This document shows, piece by piece, positions 14,301-26,706 of a stretch of 64,000 nucleotides of DNA. This stretch comes from Owenia fusiformis (taxonomy: Eukaryota): contig CAIIXF020000001.1 in the NCBI GenBank assembly GCA_903813345.2, forward strand, positions 12,152,001 to 12,216,000. The letters run 5' to 3'. How positions within the stretch are numbered: position 1 is the first letter of the stretch; every line of letters starts with the position of its first letter. A program made the position numbers and the translations under genes. Below the pieces are notes generated by a model. It had not been told where the DNA came from. It ran no database searches and was given only the letters and a program-made list of their open reading frames with translations.

Positions 14301-16309
14301 TCTGCTGAAGCAAATAATTTGCCCGATGGCATCACCTCGAGTTACCATAGTTACCGTAACATCAACCAATCAAACAGGGAAATGTTTACATTTAGAGTAT
14401 AGACTCAATAAAGTTTGGGGAAGATCTTCACCAAGTTTCACAAAGATTTGTCCAGTAGTATTGAAATGGCAACATCTTTTATGCTACTTCTGGATCACCC
14501 TGTACATACCAATACATATATTTTGCAGGTTGTGTCCCCTGGCTAATTCAATTATCCATCTGATTAATTAACCTTTACAAAATGAAAATTTGTTAATCAT
14601 GGGTTAATAGATGCTTTGTAATATATGATTAAAATCTCGTTGAAGTTCAGAGTTTTTGTAAAATTTTCAAAGATTTGCATATTTTTAACCATTTTGGAAT
14701 TAAGAGACAATTGTCTGATAGAATCACTTAATCTTTCAAATAGGGCATCTACATTATATATTTGATTTAATATAGATAATTCGAACATGACTGTATTCAC
14801 GCCTTCTATAAACTGTAAACAAAGTCAATGCTTCAGCTGGGTTATATTCGAGATCAATAACCCAGTTAATACGTGTAATGCGTGACGTCATAACGGTGGG
14901 TCGTAGTAATGGCGGACCAGCTTTCGAACCCCTCACTCCCTTCGGTCGTTCGGGGTACAGGAAACGTTTGTGCCGAGACCAGCGGGGTGTTATTCGAAAC
15001 TAGAAACCCTGCTCTTTGGTCTATATTTCTTTAAGGCCCCATGTAAAGTTTAAACCACTTTGGCTTATATTGTAGTCTTACCCAATGTTATCAAAGTGTG
15101 ATATGTGAAACTTTTTTTTTTAATTTCAAAAAGTGGTTTTTGAAAGACTTTTTGTTCCAAAATTTGTGAATTTATTTAAAACTAACTTTTAGGGGTCACT
15201 CATATTTTCTAACTAGCCACAATTCATACCAATGCATAGCATTCATCCTCCCATGTTTTTTGCCGAAAAAATTAAGAAAATCGGTTGATAAACAAGCGAA
15301 AAATGAATTTATCAGTGCATGAAAATGGTTCTGAGAAAAATGCATTTCAAAATTTTAGTTCTCATAGAAACCAATGGTACAATGATATCTAAAACATAAT
15401 TTATTCTTCCTTTTAACCTGGTTAGACAATCAACATTGGTTTTTTATGAAAGTCTAGCATATTTAGAAAAGATTGACATCGAAAAAAAAATTTCAATTTT
15501 TTTCAAAGAGTTTTGGTTACCTTAGTGACATCACTAATGTTTCAAAATATATTTGATATGCTAAAACATTGAAGTGGCCCATTAAATATGGCATTTTATT
15601 ATTGAAATAGTGTGTCCTTTGTTCAATCTTTGCATTGGTGTTAAAAAGATAATCTTTTTTGAAATGCATTAAGAAATATTTGATGATTAAGAAATTTCAA
15701 CTTTTTTTGAAAAATGGCGGGAAATTTGAATATTTGAGAAATGAAATGCTCACAACTTTTTTTTCAAAAAATGTTTTTTGTTCAAAAATCTCTAAAATCA
15801 CTTTTTAAGTCCTGACAAATAGTAAATGAATGATAAAAAAATATTTTCAAACTTTAGACGGGGACTTTAAATAATTATCATCAATTATATTATTTTATTG
15901 TGTTGCAATTGTTTTAGATTATACTTACTGTAAACTTACTCATTGGAACAAGAGGTGACATGATCACATTCATTTTTATGTAGTCTTGCCTCAAGACTGT
16001 GTACAGTCTACACCAGGGAGAGGGTGTGGGTAGGGGTAAGGTGAAATTTAAATTGCCAACAGCTAGGGGTTCCTACCCCAAAATTCTTTCGAAAGTATGC
16101 AGTTATTCACCATTCTGAGTGCTTTTCAAGTGATTTTGAGCCAGTTGTCAAATGTGAACCCCCGCCAATGATTTTAGGAAAAGTGAACCACTGGCTGACT
16201 ATGGCCTTACTGCCATTTATGTACTGTACTTACCTTTTATAAAATCGATAATCAATATTAGTATTTGTAATATACTAAAAATTGCAACAGCTTTCATCCA
16301 CCCATCCAT
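11359..16309 (-). CDS. Uncharacterised 139-aa type-I single-pass membrane protein; exons 16309-16234, 12154-12101, 11648-11359
   Basis: GTAAGT donors, TAG/CAG acceptors and both introns in phase 1. The join is 420 nt and open: MDGWMKAVAIFSILQILILIIDFIKG-QLNLPPQSRNIEKALDRRYFHLGVSGSSIYLVESDAHLGLAVGYIVTVLFMLLTGVIYALYRLEKKEQTRR...NNGVFAT*. Hydrophobic N-terminus, and a TM segment followed by basic residues. AATAAA on the minus strand near 10050-10066. Confidence 0.7.
12755..12944. mobile_element. Small intronic MITE
   Basis: Imperfect TIR CAGACCCATAGCCAG / CTGGCTACAGACCTG, with TA on both sides. Confidence 0.55.
13480..14502 (+). mobile_element. Internally deleted mariner element with a degraded transposase remnant
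   Basis: TA-CAGGGCGATCCAG...CTGGATCACCCTG-TA with ~50-bp TIRs. WDNAQAHKA at ~13874 and HALYFPDLAPSD at 13951-13986 match the mariner DNAxxH and YSPDLAPxD motifs, and are out of frame with each other. Confidence 0.88.
14770..15030. repeat. Dispersed element with an internal hairpin; second copy at ~21515-22003
   Basis: Shared TTCGAACATGACTGTATTCACGCCTTCT start and GCTCTTYGGTCTATATTTCT end. Boundaries are approximate. Confidence 0.6.
15034..15866. mobile_element. Kolobok-like MITE, copy 1 (uninterrupted)
   Basis: Imperfect TIR AGGCCCCATGTAAAGTTT / AAACTTTAGACGGGGACT with TTTA/TTAA flanks. Near-identical to 40391-43469 once the insert in that copy is removed. Confidence 0.85.
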
Positions 16310-16746
16310 CTTGTTAAAGTTGTTGCACAGGTATTTCACTTTAGGAGCCACTGTTAATTTTTATTTTCACGGGTTAATATTTTTAATTGCTTATTACCAA
16401 AATCATTGATTTTTATCGCCTTTTATGTTTTCATGGCAGTCTTTCTAGTTGAAAGTGACCCTTAGGTTTGATCTGTCTGTCTTATTTGTGATGTCTTTTG
16501 CTTTTTAGTTTTGTTTAAGTCATTTATCTTATTTACAATATAATTAATTGCTTTTTCCTTTGTCTTGCTTATTGACAGTCTTCGGTTTTAACTGTATGTC
16601 TGTCCATATATGTTGTAATTGTTTGCCTTATTGTTGTATTTTCATTAGATTCCACTAGTTAGTCTTTTGTCATAGTAATCTGAAATATATAAAATTATCT
16701 AAACATAATATGATGGTTGTTCATGTATACAATATAAGGTAAATTC

Positions 16747-17179
16747 ATAGAGGATATCCTATGATTTATGAGTGATATGATTTTTATCCACGAATGGATA
16801 TGATATCTGCATGAGCGAGCGTAGCGAGAGAGTGCAGATATCAATATCCATGAGTGGATTAAAATCATATCACGAGTAAATCATAGGATGTTCTTTTTAT
16901 TCCATAGTTAAAGTCATCATCAGAATTGTCGGAAATTAAGTCATTAAATTCGAATTTTCCAAACGATCCGGCGATGTTGACACTTAGCCTCGTTTTGAGT
17001 CTGAAGTAGCAAAAATCCATTAACCATCGCATACGACGTCGTATGTCATGGCTAAAAAACCGTATGCTATGGTTAAGTGAAAATTTGTCAAAAATATCAT
17101 ATTTTACCACTGATTACAAAAATACCGTTTTTATTTTCACATGTTATCCAATGAATATCATGCTAACTATGGAATAAAA
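16747..17179. mobile_element. Element with a large terminal hairpin and subterminal inverted repeat (Crypton-like non-autonomous, inferred)
   Basis: Arms 16756-16811 and 16833-16889 surround GAGCGAGCGTAGCGAGAGAG. TTATTCCATAGTT (~16898) is mirrored by AACTATGGAATAA (~17165). A diverged copy is at ~41634-42030. Confidence 0.7.
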
Positions 17180-18086
17180 TTAATTATATAACTTAATATG
17201 ATGGTTATATACACTGTAAGTTAAATTCAATATGTTACAGTTCTGATTTCCTATGGTATAGTTGCTTGTTTGATTTAATTGCATTATTGTGTACCTAATA
17301 TCATGCATAAACAGATACATATACAGTAGTAATATTGTAATTTAACCCACCATTCATTAATATTAAGTAATATGATCAGATGATAACCAAATACAATTAA
17401 ATGATATACAGTGTTAAAATCTGATTATACGTTTCTTGTGATCTTTTTTAGTTTACCTGTATTTGTATTGAATTGCAAATGTGCATCTGTTGCAATGAAG
17501 ATATTGTCTGTATTTTACTTATTTTATTGATTTTTTGAATTCAGACAGATCAATTTTATTGTGAAAGCTCAATAACTCAAACTGTCATTGTGTTGAAATA
17601 CCATCCTGCATTTAAATACAGATTTAATAAGTGTGTTTTTTGATTGGATTGTAAAAACAATTGTATTGATCATATATCACTGTATCTTACTCCATGAAAA
17701 ATAACATTTTTGAAAATGAATGATGAAAATTTCAATCAATATTACATATTCTTTTTTAATTGAGGAACCTTGGAGGCATCCTTCGGAAACACACACATCT
17801 CTCTTAGGATAAACTCTGTATCCAGAACAACTCCATAGAAAAAATCAATCAACTAAAGTTCTTCACAAAGTAGATAATTCAAAACTCTCATTTATCTTAA
17901 AAGGTGATTCAGAAATTCAGATTGTTGATTATTGTATAATTATCAGCAATCTAAGCTAAAGAAATCCTAGATATATTATCAGATTTTTTTAACATTCATA
18001 TGATTTTTATTTAATCAGACATTATAAATATAAAATCAAAATATTCCTGCATCACCAATTTTAAAAACACAACATTTGATGAATTA

Positions 18087-19195
18087 CCCAGATGCGAGTA
18101 GGTAGTTACCAGGAAAATAACATGGCAGGGTATTAGAAAATTGCCTTAGACTTGAATATTTATCAGTTTTTGGTGGTTCCATTTTCATATTACCCTTAGG
18201 TATCTGATAGTAATATGGATTAAAAAATGTCCAGTAAAGGAATATATTATCTGTACAATACAAGAAAAGATATTTCACTTTTTGTGATTTTACAACATGG
18301 GGTCTATGGGGAATCTCCTCGACCTAGAATTAACATTTTCAAAGAAAATTAAAATTTCAAAGGAAAGGTATCAATTTGGTGAACTAAATTCAACAATGTT
18401 TTTCTCTTCAACCAATTATTGAAAACATTTTGTAAAAAAACACGGCCCTTTATGTAATGTTGACTGATTGGCAACAATTTAATGCAAAAATGATTTATTC
18501 TACTGTTTACTGTTTTTGTTAACATTTTTTGTTTTTTAGTGCAATTGTTTTTTTTGTTCCTTTCTACCAATTCTTGAGAATGAAATGAAATGTCTTTCTG
18601 AACCTTGTTGGAACAAAATAGCATATACAACATTTTCTTCGACCTCTCAATATTATAGTTATACAAAGGAAATTTTTGTTGATTTAACAAAAATATGCAA
18701 AAACTTAAAACAAAAACCCCAAAATAGATATAAATTAAGATAAACCTTTTATTTCGTTAATAAGATACTTTTTTAAAATTAACCAAACTTTCCTTTGTAC
18801 AATTACAATATTGAGAGACCTAAACACGTTGTGTTTATGTCGTTTTGTTCCAATGAGGTTCGGATAGATGTTTTATTTCATTCCGAACATTTGATACCAA
18901 GAACAAAAGAAGTGCCTGATGTGTTTTCTAAAACAATATAGAGAAAAGTATATAAATTTCAAATTATAATGTAACCATCCAAAAGATGACCATTAAATTG
19001 ACGAGGTGTAAAATTTTCAGAATGTTTTGATGACCGGTTTAAGAGAAGCGTGTGTTAAAAAAAATCACCATATCGATACCACTCTTTTGAAACACTTTTT
19101 AAAATCACAATACTAGAAGTACTTTTACATGAAGAAGTCAAATATGACATCACTTTGGCAGAATTTTGAATTTTCTAATGACGTAAATCGTAATT
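18087..19195 (+). mobile_element. MITE family with TIR CCCAGATGCGAGTAG; long copy with an internal inverted repeat
   Basis: Homologous in reverse orientation to 38700-39114 and 57205-57539, which both carry both TIRs. Internal arms ~18575-18690 and ~18776-18885. The right end of this copy is degraded. Confidence 0.75.
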
Positions 19196-19965
19196 GACGT
19201 AATTGATCAATAAAAAACGATGAGGTAGATAACACTTACCCAGAGATGTGCTATTTCAATATTACATGTGTATATTGATTTATGAATTAGAATGAGAGAT
19301 TCACTTCACAATACATTCAAATACTGGTTATACATTTTATATTTAATACACATAAGTATAGTTTTATTAATAATAAATATTGATTAATTTATTAGCAGTA
19401 TTAGTGCTATCTTTTACATATACATACCTCTTGTAATTCATTAAGACTCTAAGTAGCTATTATCTGATTTCTTGAAGTGTGCCTGCTTCAAAAGTCTTGC
19501 AGTAAGCCATGGGGTGGTTTGTTGAAGTTCAATTGAAATTATTGTATAAAATCATCTGCTGACAATTAATATATAAATTGTGCATTAATTAGCATGCAAA
19601 TAAGCCCTAGTAACAGATTAAATATGTCTGTTTGTTTTGAAATTGATCAGGGATATGAAATATGAATTTTGTTTTTAAGTAATTTCTCAAGTGAATTGGT
19701 TAAGATTTGTAAAAATATGAGGTGTCAAATGAGGGTCTATGATTAAAAAAGGCTAATGGACACTAGGGTGCTCTCCCTAGGGTGTCTGCTTAGGTGTATA
19801 AATCAAAACATCCACTTATAAAGATAATATTTGATGCAACAACTTTACTCTGATATGATATATCAGCGTGTCAGTAAACCAATATTAATCATGCTTCAAG
19901 TAATACTAGCAGATTGACATTATGTAGAGTATGTCAGAAAAAGATGATAGGTTAGGGTACATGTG

Positions 19966-21103
19966 CAGGGTGTCCCGAAAGTATGCCCCCCCCCCCCCTA
20001 GGCAGACATATTCCAGTGTCCTCATAGTATGTGTCATATATCATTTTAAAGCTTGTCCAAAGTTACATTGATTTGCTAAGTATCATGGTTTAACTCCCAA
20101 ATGGGAAAAAGTTACAGTCATTTTAAAAGTTAGTGTTTTGTCAAAATAAAGTTCAATTTTACACCACATTACTAGTCAATGTGTCCCCCCTTGGCCATGT
20201 TAAGAGCGGCAATTATTTTCAGATATGACCTTTAAAGCCCTTCAAATAGGAGTGTGGAATTTTATAACCCTCTTAAAACCTGTTAAGGGACTTTAGAAGA
20301 GTTTCCTTGGAGTTTCTACCCTCACCATTCTCTTTTTCTAACTCAATATCCATCCGACCCGAAAAGAATTGCTGCTGTTAAAGTGTGCGCCAAAGTTTAA
20401 AACTGCGCAGGCGCACCGCTCTCGCTAAACTATATAAAGAGATTGCCTGGTACACGATTCAGAGGTAAGCCAGGAAGGCGAACGATCTTCGTCTCGTGAT
20501 GATTTCCCATATAATCTTAACCAGGGAAGTTTCAACATTGAAATTGAAAATTACTATTAGATATACTTTGTAGATGTTATTTATGAAGCTATTTAGTGTT
20601 TGCATCAATCAAATGGCTCATTTTGAACGTATTTGTGTTTTGTTTCCCAGGGAATTGTATTGTATGTAGTACACACATAAATAGTGTACATTATACTTGA
20701 ATAGCCTGGTTTACATAATATTGAAGGGCATGCTGATTACATGCACACGAGTACATGAATGAAGGCCTAATATTGATATACGTAGCTTGCATACCTAAAT
20801 AAAAAATAAACCCTTCTAATCCCCTAATGTAAACACGGCGGTATACGTAGCCCGATTTATCGGGGACTTTAAGATGGCCCGGGAGGACACATTGACTAGT
20901 GATTTGGTGTAAAATTTAACTTAATTTTGACCAAACACTAAATTTTGAAATGCCTGTAATTTTTTCACATTTGAGAGTTGAACCATGATACTTGGTGAAT
21001 CAATGTAACTTTGGATAAGCTTTAAAATGATATATGACACTTACTATGACGACACTGGTATATGTCTGCCTAGGGGGGGGGGGCATACTTTCGGGACACC
21101 CTG
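19966..21103. mobile_element. Tc1/mariner-type MITE with ~255-bp TIRs
   Basis: CAGGGTGTCCCGAAAGTATG-C(n)-TAGGCAGACATA... is mirrored at 20880-21103. Right flank TA, left flank TG. Confidence 0.9.
20382..20868. mobile_element. Kolobok-like element inserted at TTAA in the right arm of the Tc1/mariner MITE
   Basis: TTAA-AGTG...GGGGACT-TTAA. Removing it restores GAAAAGAATTGCTGCTGTTAAGATGGCC, the inverse of the left-arm GGCCATGTTAAGAGCGGCAATTATTTTC. Confidence 0.82.
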
Positions 21104-21599
21104 TATATTCTGATATGTCTTGACAGAAAATTGAATATTATTAGTATGATAAAAAAAATGACGAGAAACTGATTCTGCATTTAGAAAAAATGTTTATGGG
21201 AAAATCTGACCATGCACAAGGAAAGTTAGATCTTTTCGGCTCATTCAATGAGACTATGGTATTGACTAGGCATCCATCCGTTAGTCCATCCGTCTGTCCT
21301 TTGTGATAAGGAAAATAAGCTTCATGCTAAATTGAGCCCCTCGCAAATAATTCAACCTGCTTTTTTAATGTTCTTTAGGAATAATACTTTGCAAATCTTC
21401 CTGACCCAAAGTGAAATATTTGGCTCATACTGTTCTCTCAGAATGTGGCCATCCAGTGCCATTGTTCTTGATGTTGGGTTCAATGCAAAATAATGCTTAA
21501 ATTCTGAACAAAAATATAAATTACATTCGAACATGACTGTATTCACGCCTTCTTTAAATTGTGAACAAAGTCAATATTTCACACAGTCTATATTCGTTG

Positions 21600-21816
21600 T
21601 TATTATGCACCTCATTAAAATACTCAAGTCTGATTGGTTAAGAGCTTCAGGGTCTATTGCCATACGTGGCAGCTCGTTCTATCCAGTATTGAAGCAACAA
21701 GATCTCCAACCATCCCGTATGCAATAATACCTATACCTTCGCCTCGCCTAGTATTTTTTTCCTCGGATAGGTATTCTGGCATATCCACCTCATGGTCATC
21801 CAGTTTTTGTTTAATA
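21600..21816 (-). mobile_element. Internally deleted copy of the 3558-4560 element
   Basis: TATTATGCACCTCATTAAAATACTCAA..TGATTGG and GGTATTCTGGCATATCCA..TCATCCAGTTTTTGTTTAATA match the reverse complement of both ends. Confidence 0.8.
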
Positions 21817-22685
21817 CAGTGCTAAAGTTAAACAATGAGTAGGAAATGAAGTGACAATTTTGCAAAATTTTGGGTAAGTTTTCATGTTTGAATTATAATA
21901 TAGACCTCAGATCAGGTATTATATTGTGTAATAAAAAATGTTTGTGGCTTGCCCTGCTGAATTTATTTGTTGATATAAAACATGCTCTTCGGTCTATATT
22001 TCTTATAAAGTACAAGCACCATACATAATAAGTCTCTCTTTTAGACCAATAGGTGGTGTATAACTATAATCACAGTAAATTGTAAGTAAAACATAACCTT
22101 GACCTTATTGATTGTTAACCGTACCTAATGAAATACCACAAAAGATATAATTGTGCCATTCTGGGATCAATTGTATAATTGATTGTTGCATTCACTGCAA
22201 GAAGCTATTGAAATACAATACACACATTTCATTTCCAATCTTTATATCTAACACTACATGCAACCAAACAGGGTTGCTTCAATGTGCAGCAGTACTTTTA
22301 ACAAGCAGAATAATACATATGTATATTAATCATGTACCCCATAACCAGATTAGCGTCAATTTATTCTTTTGTTATTCTAATTTTGTTTATCAATGAGATT
22401 CTTATGACATCTGATGTTTTAATATTCTTGAGCAGATTAAAGGCACAACCAGAGATTTAAAAGTTACTTAAAGATTCAAAAGTACAAGATTAAATGTACC
22501 TAAGACCTTTTGCATTTCAAAGGTGCCAGATAAGTAAAATACATCCTTTCTGGGCCACAATATTTTCTGCATTTACCAGTTACAAGAATCATGGGCTCTC
22601 AACTTTCTAATTGAAAGCCCATGATATCATGTATGGTATTGCAAGCAACGTGTAAGATAAATCCAATAGATATTTTGACTTGTAG

Positions 22686-22860
22686 GTGATTCATAATCAT
22701 ATGCATAATCAGAAGGGTTTGGGTTGGGATTGGTGGTATTGCCTCATGTATGGTGTGATCACTCAATGTGATTCATGATCATATGCATAATCAGAAGGGT
22801 TTGGGTTGGGATCGGTGGTATCACCTCATGTATGGTGTGATCACTCGAGGTGAGTCATGG
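22686..22860. repeat. ~83-bp tandem duplication
   Basis: GTGATTCATRATCATATGCATAATCAGAAGGGTTTGGGTTGGGATYGGTGGTAT..TGATCACTC occurs twice. Confidence 0.85.
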
Positions 22861-23217
22861 TGAACCTTGTTTATTGATTGTATTGATTATACTTTTTGAT
22901 TATCTCATTTAAACAAGTCTTTGTTGATATTATGTTTTAGTCAAAAGAACATTAATTTTATTATTTAATTTGAATATTAAAACTACTCGTATATCTACTC
23001 TAAGGTTGAACTTTATAAGGAGTGAATATTGGTTATGTGATTTAACTTACTCATTATTCAATATGAATAAGAACCATTTTGTTGGATTTTGTTTATTTAG
23101 CTGCAGAATTATGCAAACATTGCCCTTTTTAGACTCTAATCTTGAAGTACATTCTGGGTACTTTCTAACACAGACATTGAAATCACTATACAGAGTTCTC
23201 ACTCTATTTGGGTTTAA

Positions 23218-23934
23218 AGGCCCCATAAAAGTTTAAACCATGTTAGCTTATAATATAGTCTTACCAAATGTTATCAAAATGTGATATGTGAAACTTTTCA
23301 ATTTGATATCAAAAAGTTGATTTGGAAGGACTTTTTGTTCACAAAATTATAAATTTCTTTCAAAGGAACTCAACCTGCAATTTATATGTCTAATGGTACA
23401 TTAATATGATAAACTAATTTTCAACCTAGATAGGCCAACAACATTGCTTTATTTTGAAGTTCAGCTCTTTAGAAAATATTTATATGAGAAAAATTGACCT
23501 TTTTACAAACTTGTATGTCACCACCAAAAAGTGGAGACATATTGTTTATAGTCTCCATCTTTTGTGATGGTGGTTGGCGGGTGGTTCTCAGACTTCAAGT
23601 TCTCAAATCTGACTTAAGATTGAACTCATAAATATTGTGAGCAATTAGGTGGTGGCATTTTGTCATGTTAATGCCTCGTTGAAAAATATTTTGCTACCTG
23701 AATGACTATACAGCATATTCCCAAGACATCACTTTAAGAAGAATGCATTAAAAGTTTATATATATATAAAATCCTAGATTGAGTGGTTGAAATACTTTTG
23801 CCCGATTTATTCAATGGAGTAGATAAATATATGTAAATAATATGTTAAGTGTTGTATTTGATGATCTAAAAATCGTATCTATTTGAAAATCATTAGATTA
23901 ACAACTTACTCTTTTTTACTCTTTACATGGGGCT
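23218..23934. mobile_element. Diverged Kolobok-like MITE with a nested HINE-like piece (23512-23680)
   Basis: TTAA-AGGCCCCATAAAAGTTTAAACC...CTTTACATGGGGCT-TTAA. The left ~130 bp align with 15034 and 40391. Confidence 0.75.
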
Positions 23935-25993
23935 TTAAACATCCATTTTGAAAAGAAGCTGTCAAAGTGAAAGTAAAGGATGTAGAGTATAAAATTTTGA
24001 AATACGATTCATGTATTCAATTGTCATCATTATGCCAAATCACAACCCCTAACCCTTAAACATTTCTCCAACCAAGTGTCTGAGAAATATTGGGGTAGGG
24101 ATGGAACATAATTAAGGGTTTGAGGGTAGAAGAGAGCAAGAGTAAAATGCTTACTATATTGTATGCATGATATATTATTTAATATTTTCTTGTATGTTTC
24201 AGGGCTTTGACAAGATCAAGGGTGATACTGGACCACTTGGTATGTAAACATTTTCATTAAAATATGCATTGATTATTTTAATTAATCTGCATATTAGAAA
24301 CACTTCAATATTATGAAATTAAAAAACTTTGCACACATGCCCTCATACTAACTTACAAGACTGATTGATTAGAAGATTCACTTTACTACACTACATATAA
24401 CATATCAGGAATGAATGGAGTAAAATGCAAGATGTACCCAGCCAATAGTGTAACATCATGGGCTTTCAATTGCCACAATACATCATATTGTGGCTTACCA
24501 AAGTCCCTTTTCGACTACAGGAAAGAGGGTGGGAGTGGCTAATCTGATTATGTCAGTGGTGTTATTAATATTCAAGCCATAATATCCTGGCTATCTTTTT
24601 TCAAAATGTATAATTTAAGGTTTGTTACAATATACTAAGCTAAGATGCTTGTTCTGTTAGTGGCAGATAGTACATCTGATATTAATGTGAAGTCAGAAAT
24701 TCTTTCTGAAGTCAAATGTCTAATTAATGAGTAAGATTCCTGTTGAATATTTTGATTATTTTTTTTTTCGATGATATCATGTATGGTATTGCAAGCAACG
24801 TGTAAGATAAATCCAATAGATATTTTGACTTGTAGGTGAATGCAACTGATTGCTGAAAAATAAGAAATAGTGAGAAAGGCAGAAATAAGAATGTATGAGT
24901 GAATGTAAGAGTGTTACTAAAGGTACCATCCAGATGAGATCTAGTGAAATCGATATAATGTGGTCTTCGGTCTATTAACCTACCATCTTGCATGGCTACA
25001 TTGTATCAAATGCTAGTGGAGCCTGATCAACTTTTCTGTGTGGTAACTCCTCTTCATATCTTCTTCAGTTTAATCCCCGAAGCAGGTGGAGTGAGACTGC
25101 TGATTAAGCATATCGATCAGCACTGTTAGAACATGTATGGTGTTTTTAACAACCTATGAGACCTGTTCACTTTGTTCTCAACTAAATTTTATTTTCTCTC
25201 TAAAATAATCAATTCCTCTCCCAAAGAAGTGAATTGATTAAACCATAAGGTCTCGTGTAGTGTAAAAATAATTGGTTGGAAAAAGTGACTTTGCTTTATT
25301 TTCCTTTTTATTTATTTTTCTATTAAGTAACAGAACACCATTTGCGTTTAAGCCAGCTCATGTGGTATTTAAGAAACCCTTGTATTAATTGTACTACTTG
25401 GAACATCTTTGGTACCTCACATTAAGTTATAGTTAGTCGCATGACTCTGGATATGGTTCCACTAACAGAGGTGTTCACTGTATTATGTATTTCTTTATGA
25501 TAAGACATTGATTAGTATCACAGCCTCTTTATAACTATCTACCTCTACAAATTAAAGTTATGACGAAGTTGAATTCTCATCCATGCTGATGCACCAAGTT
25601 GTTGTTGACACATTTGAAATTAAATTTATGATAAAGCACCAAATATAAAGTTATGATAAAGTATACATGCACTCTCTTTCGTGCTGATGCACCAAGTTGC
25701 TTTTGACACTTATGAAGTTGTTTTCTTTCAAAAGGGTGCTTGGACGTAGGGTAAAGGTTTATAAGTTACAAAATCAGTTTTTTCATATTAATTGCAAAAA
25801 CATTTTATTTTTTTGGGATAAATCATTTTTTCAAATTGGCAGTCTATCTGTGGGCAATTGTGCATCGATCTAGGTGCAGAAATTGCAGCTTACAGTTACT
25901 GGGTGCAAGTTGCGCTTATTCTGGGTTATTATCCCATCGAACGAAGTTTGGAGGGATATTGGGAAAGCCACCGTCCATCTGTCCGTCCGTCCG

Positions 25994-26583
25994 TATTTCC
26001 TATAATTAATATATACTGGATTTTAACTTACCAAATATGACTTCAATATTAATATGGGTTTAAACCTATAATAAATTAAATACTGGATATGACAAATAAA
26101 TAAAATCAATTATAAACTACCTACATGATGTAGATATCCAAATGTTGGTCTGAATTTATCTTTGTGGAAAGATTGTATGCTTCAGTTGCTCTTTAACAAA
26201 ACATGTAGGACAGTGTATCTATATATTACAGGACATCCGTCCGTCTGAGGAACCTGCTTTTATATATAATGTGGATTTTTGTCTGACCAATCATGACTTA
26301 AATATTAATATGGGTATTTCCTATAATTAATATATACATGTACTGGATTTTAAACTTACCAAATATGTCTTTAATATTAATATGTGTTAAAACCTATAAT
26401 AAATTAGATACTGGATATGACAAATAAATAAAATCAATTATAATCTACCTACATAATGTAGATATCTAAATGATGGTCTGAATTTATCTTTGTGGAAAGA
26501 TTGTATGCTTCAGTTGCTCTTTAACAAAACATGTGGGACAGTGTACATGTATCTATATATTACAAGATGTCTGTTCGTCGGTC
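25994..26583. repeat. Two tandem copies of a ~250-330-bp unit; third copy at 28241-28570
   Basis: TATTTCCTATAATTAATATATACTGG...TGTGGAAAGATTGTATGCTTCAG...TATTACA occurs three times, each followed by a TCCG-like microsatellite. Confidence 0.9.
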
Positions 26584-26706
26584 CGGGCAATAAGTCAAAT
26601 ACTGTTGGCCCGATTTTGTTCATATTTTGTACACATATACCCTATGGGGGTAGAAGTTCTGCTCGAAAGCCAATTTTCAAAAAGGCTGCTCTTTTAAAAA
26701 TGGCAG

